This document shows, piece after piece, positions 28,029-36,216 of a stretch of 64,000 bases of DNA. Origin of the DNA: Eubacteriales bacterium (lineage in GTDB: Bacteria; Bacillota; Clostridia; Christensenellales; CAG-138); NCBI GenBank assembly GCA_028694155.1, contig JAQUTY010000003.1:4178-68177 (forward strand), read 5' to 3'. Made by a program: the position numbers and the translations under genes. The number at the start of each line of letters is the position of its first letter. Position 1 is the first letter of the stretch. Under the pieces are notes generated by a model. The model did not search any database. It was not told the DNA's origin and saw only the letters and a program-made list of their open reading frames with translations.

Positions 28029-28712
28029 ATGGATACCAGAATTTTATTGGCAGACGATGACCCGAACGTTCATGAATCTTTGAAGATTTATTTGGATGCG
28101 GAGGGTTTCGAAACAGTGGATGTTTATGACGGAGTTTCTGCGCTCAAAGCCTTGGATTCATCCATATCCCTATGCGTACTCGACATTATGATGCCGGGAA
28201 AGTCGGGCACGGACGTATGCCGAGAGATTAGAAAAGAGTCTCAGGTTCCAGTCATCATGCTCACCGCAAAGGGTGAGGAAGTAGATAGGATTGTGGGTCT
28301 TGAGCTTGGCGCAGACGACTATATCGTCAAGCCTTTCAGTCCAAGAGAAGTTGTCGCAAGAATTAAGGCAATATTGCGCAGAGCAGAAGCCCAAAGGGCG
28401 GAACCAAACAAGAATCATTTGCAATTCAATGGCTTGTCTATCGACCTGAACAGTTATACGGTTTTACTTCGTGACGAGCCGGTTATCTGCACTCCAAAGG
28501 AGATTGAGATTCTCTTCATGCTTGCTTCCAATCCGGGGCAAGTATTCACAAGAGATACGCTCCTATCAAAAGTCTGGGGATATGACTTTGCAGGTGAAAC
28601 GAGGACGGTTGACACTCACATTAAACGGCTGCGTGCAAAGCTGGATTCAACAGGGCTAGGATGGACAATTAAGACTATCTATGGTGTAGGATATAAGTTC
28701 GAGTTGGAATAG
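28029..28712 (+). CDS. OmpR-family response regulator
   Basis: RBS AAAGGAGG. Receiver domain ILLADDD...LDIMMPG...KP. Winged-helix C-terminus GYDFAGETRTVDTHIKRLRAKL. Confidence 0.92.
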   Translation: MDTRILLADDDPNVHESLKIYLDAEGFETVDVYDGVSALKALDSSISLCVLDIMMPGKSGTDVCREIRKESQVPVIMLTAKGEEVDRIVGLELGADDYIVKPFSPREVVARIKAILRRAEAQRAEPNKNHLQFNGLSIDLNSYTVLLRDEPVICTPKEIEILFMLASNPGQVFTRDTLLSKVWGYDFAGETRTVDTHIKRLRAKLDSTGLGWTIKTIYGVGYKFELE

Positions 28713-28716
28713 AACT

Positions 28717-30594
28717 ATGAAGGGCGTTTACTTTAAGAAAGTATTGTTGTTAATGGTAGTATTTATGCTGGTAGCAAATATACTGCTTTTGTCGGCGTAC
28801 TCATTCTTTGGTAAACGCACATACTTGGAACTTGAGATTGACAGTCTCCAATCCCTACTGGATTCTGCTCAAAAGTTCTATGCACTAAGAGGTGTTTCAT
28901 ATTCGGATGTTGAGGTGTATACAACAGTATTGATGCTGATAGAGAGTACCTCTGATGCTCGTATATTCTATCTTATTGGTGCATATACAAACATTGAAAA
29001 AGATGAATACATGCTTGGCGTACTTGAAAAAGTGCTTCAAGGAGAGTCGGTATCGGACACTAATTCCAAAGCCATGGGCGCAACAAAGTCCATTTGCCTG
29101 GCAGCACCATTGAGAAACGGGATGCAGCGCATTGAGGGAGCTATCATTTTAGTTAAGCAAACACAACACGTTGACCGAGCGTTCGATAAGCTCAATTCCG
29201 TTCTTTGGATAATGGCGGCGTTTCTGCTTCCGCCACTGATTTTGATTGCTTACGTTGGAGCACAACGGCTGTCAAAACCTATGCGTGATATGACCAACAT
29301 TGCAATTCAGGTCACCAACGGAAAATACAATGTCAGGGCGAACGAGAATCTAAATGGTGAAATGGGTATTTTTGCCCGCGCTATGAATCGCATGAGTGAG
29401 GAGATTGAAAAAACAATTTTCCAGCTAAACAGTGAGAAACGTCAACTGGGCTACATATTAACGAGCTTTTCTGATGGTGTTGCCGCCATTGACGAGATGG
29501 GAAATCTAACGCACTATAATCCAGCCCTGATGAGAATGTTTGGCTCTGTTAATGTTAGCAGTCCTATCGATCTTGTTCCGGATAGGACTATATGGGATAC
29601 TTTCTATGCTGTTATTGATACAAAAGAGCAGCGTACACTTCAGTATTCTCTGCCGGGCGAACGAATGCTTTGGATCTCGATAGTACCCGTTATGTCCGAT
29701 GATGAGGATTGTATTGGTGCCGTTGGGTTGTTCAAGGACATGACGGAGATAGAAAAACTCGAACGTGTCCGCAGAGATTATGTTGCTAACGTCAGCCACG
29801 AGCTCAGAACTCCGCTTACGGCTGTTCGAGGTCTGCTCGAACCGCTTGCCGATGGCATGGTCAAGGATGACGCCACAAAGCAACGCTATTACAGCATCAT
29901 GCTAAAAGAAGTGGAGCGATTATCCAGACTGATAACCGACACCTTGCAGCTTTCTCGCTTGCAATCGGGCACCGAGTATATGGAGGTAAAGACCTTCGAT
30001 ATTGACGAGATGCTGAACGATATCGTGCAAAACTACAGAAACACGGCTGTAAGTAAGGGAATTGAGCTTAGTTTGATTACCAACAAGTTGGACAAGGTAA
30101 TCAGCGATGCAGACAGAATTGAGCAGGTATTGATTATTCTGCTGGATAATGCCATGCGTTATGCCGGTCAACGAGAAAATGGCACAGTTGAAATTACCAC
30201 GTCGGAAGATATTCATGATGTGTATGTTTCCGTATCCGATAATGGCTGCGGCATTAAGGAGGAAGACCTTCCTTACATCTTTGAACGTTTTTATAAGGTC
30301 GATAAGTCTCGAAAAGAAGGCGGAACGGGGCTGGGACTTTCTATTGCAAAGCAGATTATTGATAAGCTTGGTGAGCAAATACTCGTTGAGAGCAGGGTAG
30401 GGGAGGGAACTAGATTCCAATTCTCCCTGAAAAAATATGTTGCAAACGCTATTCCACTAGGCCCTGTTGAAAATGCCACAGTGTATGAGTCGGATGCTTC
30501 CATATCCGCCGATGATGTGCCGGAAATAAATGTTGACGCTCATTATGAGATAATCGCTCAAAAGAAGCCGACATCACGCAAGAAGCGCAAGTAA
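28717..30594 (+). CDS. sensor histidine kinase (2 TM, HAMP, PAS-like, HisKA, HATPase_c)
   Basis: H-box SHELRTPLT, N-box LLDNAMRY, G-boxes DNGCGI and GGTGLGLSI. Confidence 0.92.
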   Translation: MKGVYFKKVLLLMVVFMLVANILLLSAYSFFGKRTYLELEIDSLQSLLDSAQKFYALRGVSYSDVEVYTTVLMLIESTSDARIFYLIGAYTNIEKDEYMLGVLEKVLQGESVSDTNSKAMGATKSICLAAPLRNGMQRIEGAIILVKQTQHVDRAFDKLNSVLWIMAAFLLPPLILIAYVGAQRLSKPMRDMTNIAIQVTNGKYNVRANENLNGEMGIFARAMNRMSEEIEKTIFQLNSEKRQLGYILTSFSDGVAAIDEMGNLTHYNPALMRMFGSVNVSSPIDLVPDRTIWDTFYAVIDTKEQRTLQYSLPGERMLWISIVPVMSDDEDCIGAVGLFKDMTEIEKLERVRRDYVANVSHELRTPLTAVRGLLEPLADGMVKDDATKQRYYSIMLKEVERLSRLITDTLQLSRLQSGTEYMEVKTFDIDEMLNDIVQNYRNTAVSKGIELSLITNKLDKVISDADRIEQVLIILLDNAMRYAGQRENGTVEITTSEDIHDVYVSVSDNGCGIKEEDLPYIFERFYKVDKSRKEGGTGLGLSIAKQIIDKLGEQILVESRVGEGTRFQFSLKKYVANAIPLGPVENATVYESDASISADDVPEINVDAHYEIIAQKKPTSRKKRK

Positions 30595-30664
30595 ATATAT
30601 CCAATTAGTCTATTCACCCTTCTGTTACATATATTGTACAAGCATTGCACAGGAGGAGAAGAAA

Positions 30665-31576
30665 TTGGATTACATAAGCAGAAGCACCAGAAACAAGAAG
30701 GAAACAAAGAACATCGGCAGGGGTGTTTTTGTAGTAGTTGCATCGTTGACAATGATATTGTTCGTAGTATTATCCATTGCCAATAAGGGCTGCTCATGTG
30801 GATTATTGTCATCGATATTTGGAAATGATAAGCAGAAGGAGAATGAACGAATATCCGAGGCCATTTCCCAGCAGGAAGACAATCTAGCCAGCGCAAGCCC
30901 ATCGGCTACTCCCTTTAAGTCTGGTTCCGATCAACTGAAACTTGAGCAGCGTGTATACTATATTTTGCAGATGGGACAATATACCGACCCAAAACAGGCG
31001 AACGAACAATCTGTCCTGATTCGTCCTATGGGTGCAGCGGGATATGTGTATGCAGACGACTCGGTCAAGAGGGTATTTGCGGCTATTTACACCGAGGAAA
31101 AAGATTTGCAGAAGGTGCTGGAACAGGTAAGAACGGACGGATATGAAGCTTCCGCATTTCTTCTTACATCGGACGAACTTGTGATAGACGTGGTTGGTGA
31201 TACTGCTCAAAATGCTAACATTATCGATGCAATATCAATGTCAGTTGAGATACAAGATCAACTTGCGGAAATTGCGCTGAATTTCGACAAGGGCGAACTG
31301 TCCGCTACTCAATGCAAAAATAGAATCAGTGGATTGCACGAACGATTAAATACTGCTCTGGACAAGATAACTCTGAACAGTACGGATAATATCAAAAAGA
31401 TAACTGAATACCTTTCCGATCAATGCGAAATACTCTCGACTTTTCGAACCATTGATGATACAATCAGTGAGGGAGAAATTTCCTCGGCAGTAAAGCAACT
31501 GCAAATACGTACCATAATTAGATATATAGATTTTATAAGGAATATTGATACCAGTGAGCCATCTAAAGAAAGTTGA
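30665..31576 (+). CDS. membrane-anchored SPOR-domain protein
   Basis: RBS AGGAGG then a TTG start. TM helix VFVVVASLTMILFVVLSI. SPOR-like segment YYILQMGQYTDPKQANEQSVLIRPMGAAGYVYADDSVKRVFAAIYTEEKDLQKV. Confidence 0.65.
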   Translation: MDYISRSTRNKKETKNIGRGVFVVVASLTMILFVVLSIANKGCSCGLLSSIFGNDKQKENERISEAISQQEDNLASASPSATPFKSGSDQLKLEQRVYYILQMGQYTDPKQANEQSVLIRPMGAAGYVYADDSVKRVFAAIYTEEKDLQKVLEQVRTDGYEASAFLLTSDELVIDVVGDTAQNANIIDAISMSVEIQDQLAEIALNFDKGELSATQCKNRISGLHERLNTALDKITLNSTDNIKKITEYLSDQCEILSTFRTIDDTISEGEISSAVKQLQIRTIIRYIDFIRNIDTSEPSKES

Positions 31577-32000
31577 AATATATACTGACGGAGCTTGTTC
31601 AAAAAATCCCGGACCCGGTGGCTGGGCGTGTGTGCTTCTGTACAATGAGCATCGTAAGGATATGTACGGTAGCTGTGCAGACACAACCAATAATCGCATG
31701 GAACTGACGGCTGCAATTATGGGACTTAAAGCATTAAATGAATCCTGTTCGGTAACGCTGTACACAGACAGTGCATATCTGTGTAACGCAATTAACCAAG
31801 GCTGGCTTGCTAATTGGTCGAGCAACGGTTGGAAAACTGCTGCAAAAAAAGAAGTAGAGAATCAAGATCTTTGGAAAGAATTTTCCGAGCAAATGAGCCG
31901 ACATAATCTTACCATGTGCAAAGTCAAAGGACATAGCGATAATGAGCTAAATATAGTATGTGACAAACTGGCAAAAAAGGGAGTTTCTGAGTGCAAATAG
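31554..32000 (+). CDS. rnhA: ribonuclease HI
   Basis: VEIYTDGACSKNPGPGGWACVL, NNRMELTA, TDSAY and KGHSDNELN motifs. The start codon is uncertain (GTG 31554 or TTG 31545). It overlaps the upstream gene. Confidence 0.88.
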   Translation: MSHLKKVEIYTDGACSKNPGPGGWACVLLYNEHRKDMYGSCADTTNNRMELTAAIMGLKALNESCSVTLYTDSAYLCNAINQGWLANWSSNGWKTAAKKEVENQDLWKEFSEQMSRHNLTMCKVKGHSDNELNIVCDKLAKKGVSECK

Positions 32001-32112
32001 CAAAAAAGTAAATATTTGGTTAACAACTCTGCGTTAAACTTGTATTTAGCGCAGAGTTGTATTATAGTTAATTTGAATAAAGGGTGCACCCTATATTGAA
32101 AGGATTCTGGAT

Positions 32113-33165
32113 TTGAACACTTATCAGACGCAGAAAAAGAAAACGAATACTGAGAAGCTCCGAGCAATTCTGTCTGAGCTGCCAACGTTTTGCGGATACT
32201 TTTTTCGCAGCGTAGAAACTAGAACCAGTATTTTAACAAGATGTGGGTATGCTTTGGACTTGAAGGGTTTTTTCACGTTTCTAGTATCGGATGTTGATTT
32301 GTTCGCTGGAAGGGATATCCTCTCCCTCACCCTTGCAGATATCGAAAAGGTTAAAGCCCTAGATATAGAACTATATCTGGATAAAATGACATTATATACA
32401 AATAATGATGTTGAGCGCGAGAACAGCGAGAGTGCAAAAGCACGCAAGCTCTCCGCAATTCGTTCTTTTTTCAAGTACTACTACAAGCAAGAAATGATAA
32501 GCCAGAATGTTGCGTCCCTTGTTGACATTCCCAAGATTCATGAGAAGGCTATTATCAGACTTGACGCAAACGAGGTTGCCGATCTATTGGATATAGCCGA
32601 GGACGGAGATGGATTATCAAAAACTCAGAAACGATTTCACAAAGCCACAAAGATTAGAGATGTTGCCATTCTTACTCTGTTTCTGGGCACGGGAATCCGA
32701 ATCAGCGAGCTTATCGGTTTAGATATTGAGGATATTGACTATGAAAATAGTATGTTCTTAATTACCAGAAAAGGCGGCAATCAGGAACGTTTGTCATTTG
32801 GCGATGAAGTTAAGCGTGCGCTTCTTGAGTACATGGAGCAGCGAACGAAAGTCGCTCCTTATCCCGGTCATGAACACGCACTGTTTCTGTCTTTACAACG
32901 CAAGCGTATATCCGCACGAGCAGTGGAGAATCTAGTCGTCAAATATGCATCAACTGCATCTCCACTCAAAAAGATAACGCCGCACAAGCTGCGCAGCACC
33001 TATGGTACTATGCTCTATCACGAGAGCAACGACATATATCTTGTTGCCGATGTTCTTGGGCATAAGGACATCAATACTACAAGAAAGCACTACGCTGCCC
33101 TATCGGAAGAGAAACGCCGAACCGCTGCAAAGATGATAAAGCTCAGAGAGGACGATCCTCACTGA
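32113..33165 (+). CDS. tyrosine site-specific recombinase, XerC/XerD-like
   Basis: Catalytic region RISELIGLDIEDID, HKLRSTYGT, LGHKDINTTRKHY. TTG start. No phage or IS genes nearby. Confidence 0.8.
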   Translation: MNTYQTQKKKTNTEKLRAILSELPTFCGYFFRSVETRTSILTRCGYALDLKGFFTFLVSDVDLFAGRDILSLTLADIEKVKALDIELYLDKMTLYTNNDVERENSESAKARKLSAIRSFFKYYYKQEMISQNVASLVDIPKIHEKAIIRLDANEVADLLDIAEDGDGLSKTQKRFHKATKIRDVAILTLFLGTGIRISELIGLDIEDIDYENSMFLITRKGGNQERLSFGDEVKRALLEYMEQRTKVAPYPGHEHALFLSLQRKRISARAVENLVVKYASTASPLKKITPHKLRSTYGTMLYHESNDIYLVADVLGHKDINTTRKHYAALSEEKRRTAAKMIKLREDDPH

Positions 33166-33340
33166 CATCTTCCTCATCAAAGTATACGCCATCAATCAAT
33201 ATTTCTGCGAACTCCTTATTATCTCCGTCTAGGCATTTGAAACAATTATCGCACATCTTAGTGGGATCAAGCTCACAACGGTCATCACACTGGTGGCAGT
33301 TGTTGCACTCCTTATCGGGCTGCAAAATGCACATTTTCAT
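33143..33340 (-). CDS. small Cys-rich acidic protein divergent from lexA (CxxCxxCxxxC plus CxxCxxC)
   Basis: ATG 33340 is preceded by GGAGG and 6 T. Translation MKMCILQPDKECNNCHQCDDRCELDPTKMCDNCFKCLDGDNKEFAEILIDGVYFDEEDVSEDRPL. A LexA box lies immediately upstream. Confidence 0.6.
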   Translation of the reverse strand: MKMCILQPDKECNNCHQCDDRCELDPTKMCDNCFKCLDGDNKEFAEILIDGVYFDEEDVSEDRPL

Positions 33341-33350
33341 AAAAAACCTC

Positions 33351-33364
33351 CGAACAAACGTTTG
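33351..33364. promoter_or_regulatory. LexA operator (SOS box) shared by lexA and the divergent small gene
   Basis: CGAACAAACGTTTG fits GAAC-N4-GTT(C/T). It overlaps the putative lexA -35 (TTGCAT 33362-33367, 17 nt, TGaTATGCT). Confidence 0.7.
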
Positions 33365-33421
33365 CATATTCCAAATAATTGTGATATGCTAGTTTTATCA
33401 CAATCGGGAGGAAAAATCAAC

Positions 33422-34039
33422 GTGAAAAAGCTGGACAATGCACCAATGGTCATTTATCGGTTTATCTGCGAGTATTTCAAGCAGAATAATTTTCCTCCGA
33501 CCATTCGTGAGATTTGTACGCACGTCGGGTTGAGCTCCCCCTCCACCGTACATCGACACATGAAAACGCTTCAACAGCAAGGGCTCATTGACAAGGATCC
33601 GCACAAGCAACGTGCATACGTTATCAGCAATTATCAGAATGCAAGCGAAGACGCAATCCCACTGGTTGGCAGCGTTGCAGCAGGCATTCCCATAAATGCG
33701 CTCGAAAATATTGAAGAACTTATAGCCGTTCCGAATATGCTTACCGGAGGGCTGCCCAGTGATGAGACGTTCATGTTAAAGGTCAAGGGAATGAGCATGA
33801 AGAACGCCGGCATCATGGACGGGGACATCATTGTTTTGGGCATCGGGCAAAGTGTATGCAACGGCGATATAGTAGTTGCAAGAATAGATAACGAAGACGT
33901 CACCGTAAAACGCTTTCAGCGCAAGAATGACGTCATAATATTGATCCCTGAGAACTCGGAATTTGCACCGTTAATTATTCCCCAAGAGCGTGTTGAGATT
34001 ATTGGCAAGGTGGTTGGACTTATGCGTCCATATCATTAG
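33422..34039 (+). CDS. lexA: LexA repressor
   Basis: GTG 33422 after GGGAGG. wHTH FPPTIREICTHVGLSSPSTVHRHMKTLQQQGLI. Cleavage site VAAG. Peptidase residues GMSM and KR. Confidence 0.92.
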   Translation: MKKLDNAPMVIYRFICEYFKQNNFPPTIREICTHVGLSSPSTVHRHMKTLQQQGLIDKDPHKQRAYVISNYQNASEDAIPLVGSVAAGIPINALENIEELIAVPNMLTGGLPSDETFMLKVKGMSMKNAGIMDGDIIVLGIGQSVCNGDIVVARIDNEDVTVKRFQRKNDVIILIPENSEFAPLIIPQERVEIIGKVVGLMRPYH

Positions 34040-35270
34040 CTGCCAGCAGCGACCTTGCCACTTCAACTGCAGCGCATCTGCCATGTTCATATGTCAAGCC
34101 GCCCTGAATATACACAATGTATGGTTCACGAATTGGGCCATCGGCACTCAACTCGGTCGTGGCACCCTGCACGAATGCACCTGCCGCCATGATTACTCTA
34201 TCTTCATATCCGGGCATATCCCACGCCTCAGGCGTAACAAAACTGTCAACAGGTGCGGCCTGCTGAATTGCCTTGCACATCCGCTTCATTCCTTCGGGTG
34301 AGTTTAATTTCACCGCCTGAATAATATCAGAACGATTATCAGATGATTTTGGCATAGATTCATAACCCATAATCTCGAACACTCTTGCAAGTAATGTAGC
34401 TGTCAAAAGGCACTGTCCCGTAGTATGAGGTGCCATGAACAGTCCTTGATAAAACGGGCGATAGGATGCTGCATAAGATCCCACTTCCCTGCCCATTCCG
34501 GGAACAGTCAGTCGGTCAGCCACTTTATTAATGTAGTTTGCTTTTCCAGCAATATATCCTCCGGTTGGAGCAATTCCTCCGCCCGGATTCTTTATCAGCG
34601 AGCCTGCAATTACATCTGCCCCTACGGCAGTAGGCTCAAGCTGTTCGGTAAATTCACCATAACAGTTGTCAACAAGAACGCATACATCGGGTCTTTTTGC
34701 TTTCACTATTTCAAGGCATTGACCTATTTGTGCGATTGAAAGAGCAAGTCTCCAGCTATATCCCCTAGACCGTTGCAAATAGACAACAGAAATATTCTTA
34801 TCGTCAAGTTTGTCGGTAATTGCATTGAAATCAAAGCCTCCATCTTCCATCAATGGAATTGAAACGAACTGCACTCCGTTGCTATTGAGTGTGTTTGTAG
34901 CTTCTCCGCAAAGACCAATAGCTGTCTGTAACGTGTCGTAGGGATCACCTGTAATTGATAACACGGTTGAATTAGGTACTGCAAGACCGCTTAGCGCAAG
35001 ATAAATAGCATGAGAACCATTAACTATCTGCGGACGAACCAAAGCATCTTGGCAGAACATTGCCTGCGCAAACACCTTATCAAGCGTGTCCCTTCCAACA
35101 TCGTCATAGCCATAACCGTTGGTCGGCGAAAAATGCCGAGCTGAAACCCGATTGTCATTAAATGCCTTAATAACACGCTGTTGGTTAACATACATCAGCT
35201 CATCTATCTGAGTTCGTTGTGTGGCGGTTTGTTCGTGTGCAAGTTGCACAAGTTCATTTGCAGTAAGCAT
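34020..35270 (-). CDS. ynbB: YnbB-type PLP enzyme (aluminium-resistance / methionine gamma-lyase-like family)
   Basis: N-terminus and length match the YnbB family. Its position between miaA and lexA is conserved in Firmicutes. Confidence 0.8.
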   Translation of the reverse strand: MLTANELVQLAHEQTATQRTQIDELMYVNQQRVIKAFNDNRVSARHFSPTNGYGYDDVGRDTLDKVFAQAMFCQDALVRPQIVNGSHAIYLALSGLAVPNSTVLSITGDPYDTLQTAIGLCGEATNTLNSNGVQFVSIPLMEDGGFDFNAITDKLDDKNISVVYLQRSRGYSWRLALSIAQIGQCLEIVKAKRPDVCVLVDNCYGEFTEQLEPTAVGADVIAGSLIKNPGGGIAPTGGYIAGKANYINKVADRLTVPGMGREVGSYAASYRPFYQGLFMAPHTTGQCLLTATLLARVFEIMGYESMPKSSDNRSDIIQAVKLNSPEGMKRMCKAIQQAAPVDSFVTPEAWDMPGYEDRVIMAAGAFVQGATTELSADGPIREPYIVYIQGGLTYEHGRCAAVEVARSLLAANDMDA

Positions 35271-36216
35271 TGTTCTCTCCTTTGTTACTTATGTAACTGA
35301 TGATACTCTCCACCGCGTCATCGATGGTACTATAGTCGTCAAGCGAAAACCACGTTGTTTCCTTGTCACGCTTGAACCAAGTTAATTGTCTCTTGGCAAA
35401 ATGTCTGGTGTCCTTGATGCAGAGTTCTTTTGCCGTGGGCAGGTTGTAATCCCCATTTAGATAACCAACTATCTGCCTGTATCCGATAGCCTGCATTGCA
35501 GGCGAAGCGGGCGTAACTCCCCTATCTACGAGATTTTGGACTTCGGCTATCAGACCCTTGTCAAACATCATGTTAACTCGTTTCTCTATTCGGTTGTACA
35601 GACGTTCCCTATCCATAGTCAGCCCGATTTTTACACTTGAATACAGTTTATTTGACTGAACTGCTTCAAAGCCCGATTGATATTCAGACATTGTTTTTCC
35701 GCTGCATACATAAACCTCCAGCGCACGAATCACTCGCTTATAGTCGTTTGGATTAAGTCTATCTGCTGTTGCAGCATCAATCAATAGGAGCTTTTTATAG
35801 GCTTTAGAAGGGTTATCCTCATACTCCTTCTCAAGTGATTCCCGAATTTTTTTATCAGACGGATACGCAAAAGAAAGGTCTGAATATATTGCATCAACAT
35901 ATAGCCCACTTCCCCCGATTATCAGCGGTGTTTTACCTCTTGAGCCAATATCACAGATTGCAAGTCTTGCAAGGCGTTGATATTCGGCGACGGAAAATGA
36001 TGTATCCCTGGGGTCAACGCAGTCTATTAGATGGTGCTTCACCATTTCCTGCTCGGTCTTTGAAGGCTTTGCTGAACCAATATCCATATCACGGTAAACC
36101 GAAACGGAATCAGCAGAGATAATCTCACAATCAAAGTGTTTTGCAAGCATTATTGATATTTCGGTTTTATGACAGGCGGTCGGCCCAACAAGGCAGATAG
36201 TATCCGTTGAGATCAT
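35254..36216 (-). CDS. miaA: tRNA dimethylallyltransferase
   Basis: LVGPTACHKTEISI P-loop, ISADSVSVYRDMDIGSAKP, GGSGLY, and a conserved C-terminal half. Confidence 0.92.
   Translation of the reverse strand: MISTDTICLVGPTACHKTEISIMLAKHFDCEIISADSVSVYRDMDIGSAKPSKTEQEMVKHHLIDCVDPRDTSFSVAEYQRLARLAICDIGSRGKTPLIIGGSGLYVDAIYSDLSFAYPSDKKIRESLEKEYEDNPSKAYKKLLLIDAATADRLNPNDYKRVIRALEVYVCSGKTMSEYQSGFEAVQSNKLYSSVKIGLTMDRERLYNRIEKRVNMMFDKGLIAEVQNLVDRGVTPASPAMQAIGYRQIVGYLNGDYNLPTAKELCIKDTRHFAKRQLTWFKRDKETTWFSLDDYSTIDDAVESIISYISNKGENNAYCK

Noticed and set aside
32024-32095. Hairpin CAACTCTGCG/CGCAGAGTTG and palindrome GGGTGCACCC upstream of the xer-like gene, considered as a dif-like site.
   Set aside because: No resemblance to the Firmicute dif consensus that I can recall. 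The hairpin is more simply the rnhA terminator (weak T tail).
32113-33165. Tyrosine recombinase as a marker of a prophage or integrative element.
   Set aside because: There are no phage, conjugation or IS genes, no flanking repeats, and no tRNA target next to it. The housekeeping neighbours (rnhA, lexA) fit a chromosomal Xer-type recombinase.
33293-33421. N-terminal extension of lexA in the ORF track.
   Set aside because: It runs through the promoter, operator and RBS. GTG 33422 after GGGAGG gives a standard 205-aa LexA.
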